The notes under the pieces are model-generated. The model saw only the letters and a program-made list of their open reading frames with translations. It was not told where the DNA came from and ran no database searches. DNA of 64,000 nt from NCBI GenBank assembly GCA_044226015.1, contig JBGAHS010000003.1, forward strand, positions 128,001 through 192,000, given 5' to 3'. Positions 10,043-20,011 of the stretch are shown piece after piece; the stretch's first letter is position 1, and each line of letters starts with the position of its first letter. The DNA comes from Candidatus Obscuribacteraceae bacterium (GTDB lineage: Bacteria > Cyanobacteriota > Vampirovibrionia > Obscuribacterales > Obscuribacteraceae). The translations under genes and the position numbers were made by a program.

Positions 10043-10582
10043 ATGAAAACGCATTCTCATATGAATAGCAATACAATGACATTTATGGCGGGCATCTTCT
10101 TGCTCGCCATGGTGACTTGCTCTGCGGCTTCAGCTGCGGCACTTGATGATGCATGCAATGCATACAATCAACACAACTACTCTGATGCGCTCAAAAAATT
10201 AGACGCACTACCGGCCGCCCAACGCAATGCAAAGGCATCCTATTACAAGGGGCTGACACTGCAGGCACTGCACCGATATGCGGAGGCCAACACTGAATAT
10301 CGAAAAGTGGCTCTGCAAAAGCAAGACTTGCGCCTTGCTGCGATGGCGCGACAGGGAATGATCGGGCTATCTCGCATGCCAAGGCAATCTGGTTTTCACG
10401 AATCTCTAAGCAGCAGCACGAACACAGCCAAGGTCAGCAGCAACGCTTCCGGACAGAAAATTGTAGAAGGTGGCAACTGGAAAGTTGTTGAGCCCGGGTA
10501 CGGAGCACAAGGTGAGAACAAGCATGGAATGCCAGAGACATGGACGTATGTCAAAACCAGCAATGGCTGTGGCAGGCATTGA
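10043..10582 (+). CDS. Secreted protein with a single TPR-like unit
   Basis: Signal peptide (…SAASA); KASYYKGLTLQALHRYAEANTEY is TPR-like; ends GCGRH. Confidence 0.7.
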   Translation: MKTHSHMNSNTMTFMAGIFLLAMVTCSAASAAALDDACNAYNQHNYSDALKKLDALPAAQRNAKASYYKGLTLQALHRYAEANTEYRKVALQKQDLRLAAMARQGMIGLSRMPRQSGFHESLSSSTNTAKVSSNASGQKIVEGGNWKVVEPGYGAQGENKHGMPETWTYVKTSNGCGRH

Positions 10583-10618
10583 AGCATTCGAATGAACATT
10601 CGGCAAAAGGACTAATTT

Positions 10619-11101
10619 ATGCTAACGAGGAATCTAATGGTGCAGCTTCTAACGGGGACGCTGCTTATTTTGTCTTGCGGAGCGCAAGCTGCGCCGGGCA
10701 CGCCTCAAAATAAGAACACAGCAAAAGAAACACCAATAACAAACAAAACAACTAATGCGTCAAGTTCGCAAAAAACGGGACCAATTGAACTCGAAGGAGA
10801 AGTCGTTGATGCCTGGTGCTGGTCTTCGGGAGTAATGGGACCAGGGCGCGGTCCAGAGCACAAGAAATGCGCGATGCGTTGCATTCTAGGAGGGGTAAGC
10901 GCTGGAATAGTTGACGACAAGGACAACCTTTATATCGCTGCAAAAAGTCAGGCCTATTCGGGGTGTAAAGAACAACTCGCTCCATTTATTGAACATCGCG
11001 TGAAAATAAAGGGATGGCTTGCTGAACGAGGTGGCTGCAAAATTCTTAAAATAAGCAAGGTCGAAGACCTTGGACTTGCCGAGAATTTCAAAAAGAAATA
11101 A
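10619..11101 (+). CDS. Secreted small protein with Cys/His motif, probably OB-fold-like
   Basis: Signal peptide; LEGEVVDAWC...HKKCAMRCILGG...RVKIKGWL pattern recalled from a widespread uncharacterised family. Confidence 0.7.
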   Translation: MLTRNLMVQLLTGTLLILSCGAQAAPGTPQNKNTAKETPITNKTTNASSSQKTGPIELEGEVVDAWCWSSGVMGPGRGPEHKKCAMRCILGGVSAGIVDDKDNLYIAAKSQAYSGCKEQLAPFIEHRVKIKGWLAERGGCKILKISKVEDLGLAENFKKK

Positions 11102-13016
11102 CTGGTGAAACTCGATGTCCCCTAGCGCGAACACGATTCGTCTTTTTCGTATTGGACTTTGCTTCAATTCTTGAATATCGCGAAGAATGTCGAGAACCCG
11201 CATCAACTGACCCAAATGCACAAACAAAAACGGATAGGAAAACTAGACTAAAACTCAATAACCAGAGCTTCGCTTTCCCCAAGATGTTTGCTAACGGCAT
11301 AATACCTAGAAGCACATAATAGAGAATCAAAAGTGCGGCGCCTATCTGCAACGTTTCTATTTGAGCAAACGGCAACTGACAGACAAAACCAACGAAAGCT
11401 CTCACTAGTTCAACCGGAAAGAATGCAATCTTATCTACACAAGCCGAACAGTGGTGAGAAGAAAATGAAAGCTCTTCAAAAACCATACCGATGCTGCTAG
11501 CGAATCCAACAACTGTAATCAGCGGCACCACAGGCACCACCACTACATTAGCAATGAGACAGTAAGAACTCAGTTGCCGGAAATAGTAAAGCTGTATGGG
11601 CAAAACATACAACTGCGCTACGAGAGCCGCAGAAAGTGCAGCATTCAGCCATTTTACGCGATGCGGCAAAAGAGTATCCAAAATTTTGTTTGCCGCTGAT
11701 GCAGAAACAATCATTCCAGCAGTTGAAAGATAGGACAACTGTAATCCTACATCAGCAACCGACCATGGGTCTACGAGAAAAGCCATAACAGCCGTAAGAG
11801 ATAACACGGTTGGCATATGAGGCGAACGGTCACGAGCACGGATAATCAGCAGCAAAGTTCCCATCAGAAAAGCACGGAGCACCGACTGCGACGGTCCAGC
11901 AAGTATGACAAACAAGCACATCCCAGAGAAAGCAAGAATGTTTGCCAGGTTCCTCATAAAAAAACGAGCGAGAAAATAAATCGATGCGATTACAATGCTC
12001 AGGTTGAATCCTGAAGCTGCAAGTATGTGTGAGAGTCCGGCTACGCGAAAACTTTCGGATTGGTCTTTCGGAACTTCGACGGCTTTGTCACCTAGAATCA
12101 TGGAAGTCATAAGCACTCCATTTGACTCTCCCAGCGCTGCTTTATGAAAGCTAAGAATCTGCTGCCTTATGCTTTCAAGGCCCGCTTCGAATTCGTCGGG
12201 CTTCCGAATACCAGAATAGGGAAGCTCCAACTGAAAAATGCCATGCGAACGACAAAAAGTTTGCTTCCGAAAGAGAAAAATGTTACGCCGGCAAAGTTGT
12301 AGCTTTTGCAAATGTGTTTTGAAACACAGGGTGCTGCCAGGTTTCAAAAGGTTCGTCAATGAAGATTCAGAGATTTTGCTGGTGGAATTCCTTGAAAGAA
12401 AGACCTGGATACGCCCGCGGTAGGTATCACATTTTCCATCTATTAATAGAACGTCATTAGACCGATTTCCGGACTTGTGTTCAAGCACTCGCCCCACAAT
12501 GAGCACATCATCTCGACTTGCAAGATTGCTGATATCACTTGCATCTGGACATGGAGTGCGCATCCAGGCGTTCAATGCACCTAAAACCAGCGCAAGATAA
12601 ATTAGACCAATGAATGCCTTCGGGGTCTCAAAAAGCCTGAGACAAAGAATCAAGATGATAATTAGAAGAACAAAAAACTGCTCAACCGCATATACAATAA
12701 CCGCAGTGCCTAGAATGAAAAAACAACAGAGAAGCACAACGTGCCTTGTTCTAGCCAAAAAAAAATGATATAGCACCCCACGGGGATCCGCTGTACTGGA
12801 TGCGCACGATGCGGCACTGGGATCCGCTGTACTGGATGCGCACGATGCTGTATTGGGATCCGCCGAACTGGATGCACACGATGATTCCACCGCATCGGGA
12901 TTTGCACCGAACGCAGCAGGATTGGTGGACGGGAAGACCCCAGCGGAACTCCCAGCCACACCAGGACGCTGGGAAACGCCGCCCGCATCTGGATCAAGAG
13001 CAGGTTTATCACTCAT
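11088..13016 (-). CDS. comEC: ComEC/Rec2 competence DNA-uptake channel
   Basis: Competence-domain motifs SMILGDK, FRVAGLSHILAASGFN, SVLRAFLM, DVGLQLSYLST, LPIQLYYF, IANVVVVP. Start placed at ATG 13016 (ORF track extends to 13064). Confidence 0.88.
   Translation of the reverse strand: MSDKPALDPDAGGVSQRPGVAGSSAGVFPSTNPAAFGANPDAVESSCASSSADPNTASCASSTADPSAASCASSTADPRGVLYHFFLARTRHVVLLCCFFILGTAVIVYAVEQFFVLLIIILILCLRLFETPKAFIGLIYLALVLGALNAWMRTPCPDASDISNLASRDDVLIVGRVLEHKSGNRSNDVLLIDGKCDTYRGRIQVFLSRNSTSKISESSLTNLLKPGSTLCFKTHLQKLQLCRRNIFLFRKQTFCRSHGIFQLELPYSGIRKPDEFEAGLESIRQQILSFHKAALGESNGVLMTSMILGDKAVEVPKDQSESFRVAGLSHILAASGFNLSIVIASIYFLARFFMRNLANILAFSGMCLFVILAGPSQSVLRAFLMGTLLLIIRARDRSPHMPTVLSLTAVMAFLVDPWSVADVGLQLSYLSTAGMIVSASAANKILDTLLPHRVKWLNAALSAALVAQLYVLPIQLYYFRQLSSYCLIANVVVVPVVPLITVVGFASSIGMVFEELSFSSHHCSACVDKIAFFPVELVRAFVGFVCQLPFAQIETLQIGAALLILYYVLLGIMPLANILGKAKLWLLSFSLVFLSVFVCAFGSVDAGSRHSSRYSRIEAKSNTKKTNRVRARGHRVSPVISF
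12783..12890. repeat. 36-bp tandem repeat, about 3 copies, inside the comEC 5' end (encodes xxASCASSTADP)
   Basis: gggatccgctgtactggatgcgcacgatgcggcact / gggatccgctgtactggatgcgcacgatgctgtatt / gggatccgccgaactggatgcacacgatgattccac. Confidence 0.9.
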
Positions 13017-13086
13017 AATTGCACGAACTGAACTAATACCCTTTAAACGAAAAAAACAGGTCAAGGGTTCAATTCAAATTGAAGGA

Positions 13087-14364
13087 TTAATCTAAGTGGC
13101 GAGTGAGCGCAGCAGCGCCCTTGCCAGTCACCTCTTGAAGCTCGTTTACGTTGTACTTGAACGTATAAAGAACATCCAGGCTGTCCGAAGAAAAATCCTT
13201 CGGTAGCGGCAAAGGTTGTTTGGTAGCAGCGCTAATTGCACGAAAAGCTGATTTGTCTGTCTCGGGTTCGCCCGATGAACTTGATAATTTCATCGATTCA
13301 AGAGTTCCATTTTTTCTCAGCCGGAAAACAATCACCACCTGCCGATTTGACCCCATCGGCGGTGCCCAGGCATTCTTGATTTTTCGATGCAATTCCTTCA
13401 AATAAATAGATAACCCATTCTCAGCGCCCTTACCATTATTACTTTTGCCGCCTTTCTGGAATACGTGCATGGCATTAGCATCACCATCATTTTCCATCAG
13501 CTCAACTAATTCAGGCGGCTCAACCTCAGAAATGTAGGGCTGGCTGGCACGAGCCTGTGATGGGGCTGCGCTTGCCGCTGCTGCTGGCGCAAATTCTTTA
13601 AGCACTTTCGTCTGCCAGCTTGCAGGCATCACTATACTGCTGATCTTCGGCTGCTCGACCAATTCAGGCGCACTCTGCTGAGCTGATGGAGAAACAGCTA
13701 ACTTCTTATCCTCTTTATCGCTCTTGGATTTGCCTTCGCTTTTTACTGGAACCTTTTTCTCAACTTTGCTTGCCGCTTGCGGTTTTTTTGGTTTTTCCAG
13801 AATCGCCTCCGAGTGTTTAGAAACCGCAAGCTTACCAGCCTGACTGACCATATCGGCAGAGCGCTTGCGCAATTCCTCAAACTCTTGCATACCTGGAAGC
13901 TGCTCGTTGTTATCTTCAAAATCTGTCTTAGAAACAAATTCGATATCAACTACTTGAGCCAGATGTGCTTTCTTTAGCCTCTCTTGTTGAAAAACGGCGA
14001 GACCCGCACTGACGTACAGAAGCACAGCCGTTATCAAAAAACAAATCGCAAGACTTTCGCGAAGAAGCACAGGCTCTTTGCTTCGAGGAAGTCCCAGCAA
14101 CTCAATGTCTGCTGCTTTTACACGCAAGAATCTGACTGAGAAGGAAGCCAGAATACCCAGAGTGACATACCATGGAACGATTTCGTTGCTAGCGTCAACA
14201 CGCACCAGACTGAGCAACCAGATTGCCGAAGCGGACACAAACAAAACAACGCTGCTTATGTTTCTCAGCTTCTCAAGCGACTCTCCCTGAATCAGGCGCG
14301 CAGAGAGAACCAGCACCTTTTGATCAGTGATTGAATTCGACTTTTCTTTGACTGGCGCTGACAT
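13087..14364 (-). CDS. TonB/TolA C-terminal-domain membrane protein
   Basis: N-terminal TM helices, K/P-rich linker, C-terminal YLKELHRKIKNAWAPP...VIVFRLRKNG...SSG..ETDKSAFRAI...PLP. Confidence 0.8.
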   Translation of the reverse strand: MSAPVKEKSNSITDQKVLVLSARLIQGESLEKLRNISSVVLFVSASAIWLLSLVRVDASNEIVPWYVTLGILASFSVRFLRVKAADIELLGLPRSKEPVLLRESLAICFLITAVLLYVSAGLAVFQQERLKKAHLAQVVDIEFVSKTDFEDNNEQLPGMQEFEELRKRSADMVSQAGKLAVSKHSEAILEKPKKPQAASKVEKKVPVKSEGKSKSDKEDKKLAVSPSAQQSAPELVEQPKISSIVMPASWQTKVLKEFAPAAAASAAPSQARASQPYISEVEPPELVELMENDGDANAMHVFQKGGKSNNGKGAENGLSIYLKELHRKIKNAWAPPMGSNRQVVIVFRLRKNGTLESMKLSSSSGEPETDKSAFRAISAATKQPLPLPKDFSSDSLDVLYTFKYNVNELQEVTGKGAAALTRHLD

Positions 14365-14530
14365 TCAAAGCCCTGACAAAGCTGACACCTCATGTTAACA
14401 CGGTGTTGACAGCTCTCAAGCCGGGTGAATTTTATCTGATTCTAATCTTGTGAATCCCTTGGCAGTCAGGTCTTTTAGACAAAGTAAAATTCGAGAACGG
14501 CAATAGCAAAAAACGCTACTGGCAGAAAGA

Positions 14531-15112
14531 TTAGCAGCCCATCATAATCTGCTGCAAATCCGCAGCGGAAAGCTGGGTGATAAGCAATGGTTCTACTGGC
14601 TGGTCCGAATGTTCCTGCAAACTTAGCTCTAACCAGACAACATCATGCCAGGCACCACCCTTGAAGCCAACTTTCTTGTACACACAAAGCTCCGTAAAAC
14701 CGAGTGCCCGATGAAGAGCCAGGCTCGCCGGATTAGGCAGCGTAATGCCGGCGTAAACATTGACATAGGACATGTGGCGCAAAATCTCGAACAAGCACTT
14801 ATACAATCGCTTGCCCACGCCTCGCTTACGAGCAGCAGCATCAAGATAGACAGAGGCATCCGTTGACCAGCGATAGGCAGCGCGACTCTTGTGCTCGCCT
14901 GCGTATGCATAGCCAAGAACAACGCCATCTAGCTCAAACACAATCCACGGAAATCGCTCAAGCGTTTTCTTAACCCTGGACGCAATTTCTTCTACTGACG
15001 GAGCCTCAGTTTCAAATGAGACTGCAGAGCTGTTCTCGCAAAAGGGCGCATAGATACTGCGGATTGCAGCAGCATCGGATATGGTGGCTAATCTGATTGT
15101 ACCTTCGTTCAA
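14531..15112 (-). CDS. GNAT N-acetyltransferase, phosphinothricin/methionine-sulfoximine acetyltransferase (Pat/YncA) family
   Basis: IRLATISDAAAIRSIY, SFETEAP, GYAYAGEHKSRAAYRW, SVYL, RKRGVG, NPASLALHRALGF, VGFKGGAWHDV. Confidence 0.9.
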   Translation of the reverse strand: MNEGTIRLATISDAAAIRSIYAPFCENSSAVSFETEAPSVEEIASRVKKTLERFPWIVFELDGVVLGYAYAGEHKSRAAYRWSTDASVYLDAAARKRGVGKRLYKCLFEILRHMSYVNVYAGITLPNPASLALHRALGFTELCVYKKVGFKGGAWHDVVWLELSLQEHSDQPVEPLLITQLSAADLQQIMMGC

Positions 15113-15114
15113 GC

Positions 15115-16392
15115 TTACGACATTGCTGCGAAGTAGACGTTACAGGCATGGTCCAGATATTCTCTCGTCAGACGCGGCTCAGTCTGCAAGAACTTACAGA
15201 GGTTTGTTACCTGGTCAATAACGTCACGAGGATGGCAACATCTCATGTTGCGCTTTCCGCTTCGGTACTGAGTTTCAATCAGGTAGTTGACGGCTTCTTC
15301 ATTGTAAGGCACACCAACACGCTGGCAATATTGCAGGAAGATCCATTTGAACTCTTCCTCCGTCGGGCTAGTGATATTGATTTTGAAAGGAATACGTCTT
15401 AAGAATGCCTCGTCTACCAGGTCTCTCGGGTTGAGGTTTGTCGAGAAAACAATCAACTGTTCGAAGGGCACTTCCAACTTTTTGCCAGTGTGCAAGGTCA
15501 AATAGTCAACCCGTTTTTCCAGAGGAACAATCCATCTGTTCAACAGTGACTTGTGGTCGATTCTCTGGCGACCAAAGTCGTCGATTAGCAGTAGTCCGCA
15601 GTTAGACTTCAGCTGAATTGGTGCTTCATACAATTTCGAAGTGTAGTCATATTGAAGTTCAAGCATGTCGATGGTCAATTCACCACCGACTACTACGCAA
15701 GGACGATTGATGCGCACCCAGCGATGGTCATAGTCACGCGGGTAATTTGCAGCAGACACTTGAATATGGTTGTGATCGTCGTAAACTCGGATAATTTGAC
15801 CATCAACTTCAATAGCGTACGGAACGAAGATGTGCCCCTTGAAGCTTCGCACGATACGCTCTGCAATTGAAGTCTTTCCGTTACCTGCATCACCGAACAA
15901 GAACATCCCTCTTCCAGAGTTGATTGCCGGACCAACCGTGTTCAGCGTTCTGCGGTTGACCATGATGTCCGAAAATGCGATTTCGAGGTCTCTTGGAGTT
16001 ACCGCCTCTTTTCTGATGGTCTGATATTTCAGAGACTCAACGTATGAAGTCCAGGTTACCGGGCAAGCTCCCACATAACTGTTATGGTCGAAATAGGCGC
16101 GGGCACGGTCACGACCTTTATCAGTCGGCATATATTCATAGTCAGCAATACCACCGGAAGAACGAACTTCGATTAGAAGCTGCCGCTTCAATGATTCAAG
16201 AATTGATTCAACAATTTTGAAAGGAAGCATGGTTCTGTTGGCGATTTCACGCCCTAGAGCGAAGTTGACCAGATAGATGTCTTTCAAAATCAGCTCTTCA
16301 AGAAAGCCCTCTTTGAGACCTGTTTCCTCAATGGTATTGGGGTATGGAGGAACGAATTCCTGTTGCTGCACGCCTCTAACTTGTTGAACCAT
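15115..16392 (-). CDS. AAA+ family ATPase of unknown function
   Basis: Walker A GDAGNGKT, Walker B LLLIDDFG, FSTNLNP..LVDEAFLRRI (sensor/Arg finger). Confidence 0.85.
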   Translation of the reverse strand: MVQQVRGVQQQEFVPPYPNTIEETGLKEGFLEELILKDIYLVNFALGREIANRTMLPFKIVESILESLKRQLLIEVRSSGGIADYEYMPTDKGRDRARAYFDHNSYVGACPVTWTSYVESLKYQTIRKEAVTPRDLEIAFSDIMVNRRTLNTVGPAINSGRGMFLFGDAGNGKTSIAERIVRSFKGHIFVPYAIEVDGQIIRVYDDHNHIQVSAANYPRDYDHRWVRINRPCVVVGGELTIDMLELQYDYTSKLYEAPIQLKSNCGLLLIDDFGRQRIDHKSLLNRWIVPLEKRVDYLTLHTGKKLEVPFEQLIVFSTNLNPRDLVDEAFLRRIPFKINITSPTEEEFKWIFLQYCQRVGVPYNEEAVNYLIETQYRSGKRNMRCCHPRDVIDQVTNLCKFLQTEPRLTREYLDHACNVYFAAMS

Positions 16393-16498
16393 ATTTTTCC
16401 TGGCCTTTTGCTGATAAAGTCAAACCGCGATCCTACACTTAATTGTCCCAAAAAACACGCAAAATTAACAAGTTATGGAAAAATATTTGTGCTTGAAT

Positions 16499-18829
16499 CT
16501 ACGTCTGTGACAAATTTTTGCTCATTTCAGCAATATTGAGGTTCAGATTCTTGAGTTTCGGCAAGTCTGAAGAGTCGCCCCCAAAGCGAATCTGCGAGTA
16601 AAGCTCAAGAAACTCAGCTAGTTTTTGCAAAAGCTCCTGCTCTTCCGAGCCGCTTCCTTTGAGAGCCAGACGAGTTTTTTCCAACAAGTCTGTTGGTGTT
16701 TCACTATACTCACGTACGACGCCAAACTCTTGCAGTGACTGGTTTAGCTTGACGTATTCTTTAGACGCCTCAGTGTTAACAAGCAGCTGATTTCTGCCAC
16801 GCTTAGCGGTCGAAGCTGAGAAATGGCTAAGTTTGGAGAGTAAAGTTCCCTTTGTCAGATAAAGCAAAGTGCCCAGAGCAAGCAGCGCGCCTACAAAATT
16901 CAGAGCGGGATGAGACTTGACCCACACGAAAGCGATAAAACAAGAATTCAGCACCGAGCTGAAAAGCTGTAGTAACGCTGCATTTGCTGACTGAACGAAG
17001 GCACTATTCCAAATCGCATTCCACAATGGCTTAAGGATCTGCTGCAAGTACGAGAAGGCACTCTGTGGCTCTTCCCCATAAAGAGCAGGCGCGTTGGGTG
17101 TCGCATCGAGCGGAATCCATCCGAAGCGAGGAGAAAATACTTCCACCCAGGAATGAGCATCACGCAATCTGACTTCCCAGAAGCCCGTGAAGGGGTTGTA
17201 CTGACCGCAAGTGTAACCCGTCACAAGACGCGCTGGAATCTGCTGGGTTCTGCACATAATGGTCAGAGCCGAGGCAAAGTGCTCACAAAACCCACGGTGC
17301 GAATACAACAAGAAATCAGAAACACTATCGCGGTTGGCCGGAGTCTCCGCAATTTCGAGATCGTAATCATAATGAGTTTGCAAAAACCTGCACATGCGCT
17401 CGGCTCTGGCAAAATTATTTCCCTTACCGGAAATCTTCTGGGCTAGTTTAGCTACCCCTGGGTCAAGCATAGGCGGCACCTGCAGGTAGTTTTGCTCTTC
17501 AGTGTCCTCCAATTTCCACGGACGACCACGAAGGACATTTGAATCACTCAAAGCCCGCAACTCTCTATAGTCATAAATTGGAACCTGCGAAAATGCGCTG
17601 TACACCATATCCTTCTGCATGCCGACCGGGGCACGCAAAGCACCATAGGTGTCGACCTGAATAGAGGAACCTGGAAAATAAAGTTGGTAAGGACTGCTTG
17701 CCGTAACAATCAAATTAGAGCTGTCTTGCTCTACATAAAACATTTGAGTAATAGTTGTGTTGTAAACACGGCGAAACGGTGTGAGCTTCAAATCAAGGTT
17801 GAAACCATGGTCATCACGAGCTAACAACTCTTGAGTTTCCTTAGGTCGCGTCATCCTCCATATTTTGCCATCAAAGTTGTCGTAAGCCATTCCGCGAAGA
17901 TTCAAACCAATTTTGCTGAGTACTCGCAGCACTACAGTGTCGGAAAGCCTTCCACGATAATTCGTATCGAATTCCTCAGCAAAACCAAAATAGGCGTCTT
18001 CTGGGTGCACGATACCTTTGGTAGCACCGGCTCCATTTTCGCTAAGCTTGTTCAGAAAATCTGATTGTATTTGAAACGGCAAATTCAAGCCAAGCCGAAA
18101 CTCTTTGTTGAGATTCAGCTGCACCTTTGGTGCCACCAAGAATATTCCTAAGCTCGAAACTGAAAAGATTGCCAGAGCGATGCAAGCTTGAATCACTGCA
18201 GGCGAGAACCGCTTTCGCTGCCCTCCCGTGCCACTGAATTTCCTCGCTGTCTGCTCAAGATTAGAAGCATCTGCACCAATAGTTTTTGCACGGCCCAGGC
18301 TTCTTGAGGCACAATCAAATTGGAACATGATTACAGTCAAAGCCATAAACACGAACAAATAAGCTGCGAAAACCAGCTCACGACTGAGCGTCGACGCTGC
18401 AGTCATCAGAGTAAATCCTACCAGAAAAGAAACGCTGAGGTCTCTGCGACGCGGCACATCAAAACAGTGCAGAGCCACAAGCACCATCAGAAGCTTGGTA
18501 AGTGGAACCCTTGCGTCCGCGACGTTCTGATTCGCCAGCACTATAATCTCGTTAAAAAACAAAACTGCTGCAATAATAATTCCAACAGACAGAAATATCT
18601 TTACGACCAGGTTATTCTGATAGCGACGCTTATAACTAACATAGCTTCCAAGAATGCTACCACCAATACTCAAAGCGATCAGCCAGAGCGGCGCTTCGGT
18701 GAGCGGACTCGCGGCAAGAACCCCTGTAATCGCCAACCCCGTTGTCACCACTCGCAGTGGCACCGAATCTTCGATGTAAGTATCTTTGTGTTTTTTAGCT
18801 GCTTTCGAAACTATCGTCGTTATAGACAA
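16499..18829 (-). CDS. Membrane transglutaminase-like protein (DUF3488/TgpA type)
   Basis: N-terminal multi-TM region; catalytic motifs GFCEHFASA, PARLVTGY, DAHSWVEV, GWIPLDATP. Confidence 0.9.
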   Translation of the reverse strand: MSITTIVSKAAKKHKDTYIEDSVPLRVVTTGLAITGVLAASPLTEAPLWLIALSIGGSILGSYVSYKRRYQNNLVVKIFLSVGIIIAAVLFFNEIIVLANQNVADARVPLTKLLMVLVALHCFDVPRRRDLSVSFLVGFTLMTAASTLSRELVFAAYLFVFMALTVIMFQFDCASRSLGRAKTIGADASNLEQTARKFSGTGGQRKRFSPAVIQACIALAIFSVSSLGIFLVAPKVQLNLNKEFRLGLNLPFQIQSDFLNKLSENGAGATKGIVHPEDAYFGFAEEFDTNYRGRLSDTVVLRVLSKIGLNLRGMAYDNFDGKIWRMTRPKETQELLARDDHGFNLDLKLTPFRRVYNTTITQMFYVEQDSSNLIVTASSPYQLYFPGSSIQVDTYGALRAPVGMQKDMVYSAFSQVPIYDYRELRALSDSNVLRGRPWKLEDTEEQNYLQVPPMLDPGVAKLAQKISGKGNNFARAERMCRFLQTHYDYDLEIAETPANRDSVSDFLLYSHRGFCEHFASALTIMCRTQQIPARLVTGYTCGQYNPFTGFWEVRLRDAHSWVEVFSPRFGWIPLDATPNAPALYGEEPQSAFSYLQQILKPLWNAIWNSAFVQSANAALLQLFSSVLNSCFIAFVWVKSHPALNFVGALLALGTLLYLTKGTLLSKLSHFSASTAKRGRNQLLVNTEASKEYVKLNQSLQEFGVVREYSETPTDLLEKTRLALKGSGSEEQELLQKLAEFLELYSQIRFGGDSSDLPKLKNLNLNIAEMSKNLSQT

Positions 18830-20004
18830 AGAAGATCCTCCATTCGTGAGATTATCTTCTTATCGTCAAGCCCCGCAGAGGGTTGAGATTTAGCAATATG
18901 TAAACGAGTCAATACCTTGTTCTGCTCCGCGATACTGAAGCTAACAGGCGCTTCACCCAGGTCAGGAGTGATAAGAATTAGCGCGCGTGCTCTGTCGTCA
19001 AAAGCAGAAGGGTCAGAGAATGAGAAGACAGATGTCTTCTTCTTGCTCTGTTCCAATGAAGCCAGAGCAAGCAATTGTTCTTGAATTTCAACAATGCGCG
19101 ATGATGGCACTGAAGCACCTTTAAGAACAGGCTCATTCAAAATCAAAAGCTCAGGATGAATTCCTTGTGCATGCCCGAAAGCCAGCAAGCTCGCAGCAGC
19201 GCTGACAGCAAGCTCAAATTGTTCTTCCGTACCCCAGCTAGCCGCGAGATCGAACGCCACATCATAAACCGGAACTCCCTCGTTTTCGAATTCTTTTACC
19301 ATCAAACGTCCATGACGAGCGCTCACAGCCCAGTGAATATGCCTTCGGCTGTCAGTCCTGTTGTACTCACGAATGCCTCTTGCGTAGCAGGTCTGAAACC
19401 CGTGATTAGAATTTTGTGAGTCACCAGGAACATATGAATCAGAGCGCAAGCCTTTCAAGAAAGCACCCTCTAGAGGAACGGTCTTTGGCAAAACGACAAT
19501 TCGAGACTCTTCCGCACGGTAAGACGCTTTAACCCATACCAGCCCCATCGGGAAAGAAGTTTCGACGAGCACCGCAGGTAATGCACGAATGCCACGCTTC
19601 ATACCTCTTGCATTCAAAGAAAGAATCACTCTGCGGTCTGCCAAATCCTGTAAATAAGCAGACTCCGAAACAGCATTAACACCCGGATAGGCCACAGCGT
19701 CATCTGTTTTGGACCGCACAATTAAGTGCCTCAGCATCGACGTCATCAAGCCGTCAGTTTCCAGTTGCATTAAAACCGGGATAGAATCACCAGCATCGAC
19801 CATTGCGGGTCCGCTCACTCGAACCTTAAGCTGGCTCAAAAGAACATACGGCATCACTAGCGAGAGAATTGCGGCACCTAAAGCCGAGCATGAGAGAAAC
19901 AGAGCCCAGCCGCTACCCACGCTGGCAGCGACTCCAAACGTAACCAGACTCAGCAGAATAGCAAGAAAAAATCTGCTTTCAAATTTCAGGTGAACGGTAT
20001 TCAA
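18820..20004 (-). CDS. DUF58 domain protein
   Basis: GIREYNRTDSRRHIHWAVSARHGRLMVKEFE; FELAVSAAASL; lies between MoxR and transglutaminase genes. Confidence 0.88.
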   Translation of the reverse strand: MNTVHLKFESRFFLAILLSLVTFGVAASVGSGWALFLSCSALGAAILSLVMPYVLLSQLKVRVSGPAMVDAGDSIPVLMQLETDGLMTSMLRHLIVRSKTDDAVAYPGVNAVSESAYLQDLADRRVILSLNARGMKRGIRALPAVLVETSFPMGLVWVKASYRAEESRIVVLPKTVPLEGAFLKGLRSDSYVPGDSQNSNHGFQTCYARGIREYNRTDSRRHIHWAVSARHGRLMVKEFENEGVPVYDVAFDLAASWGTEEQFELAVSAAASLLAFGHAQGIHPELLILNEPVLKGASVPSSRIVEIQEQLLALASLEQSKKKTSVFSFSDPSAFDDRARALILITPDLGEAPVSFSIAEQNKVLTRLHIAKSQPSAGLDDKKIISRMEDLLCL

Positions 20005-20011
20005 GGCATGT

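Noticed and set aside
12783..12890. 36-bp repeats as CRISPR repeats
   Set aside because: Head-to-tail without spacers and in frame within a CDS; this is a coding tandem repeat.
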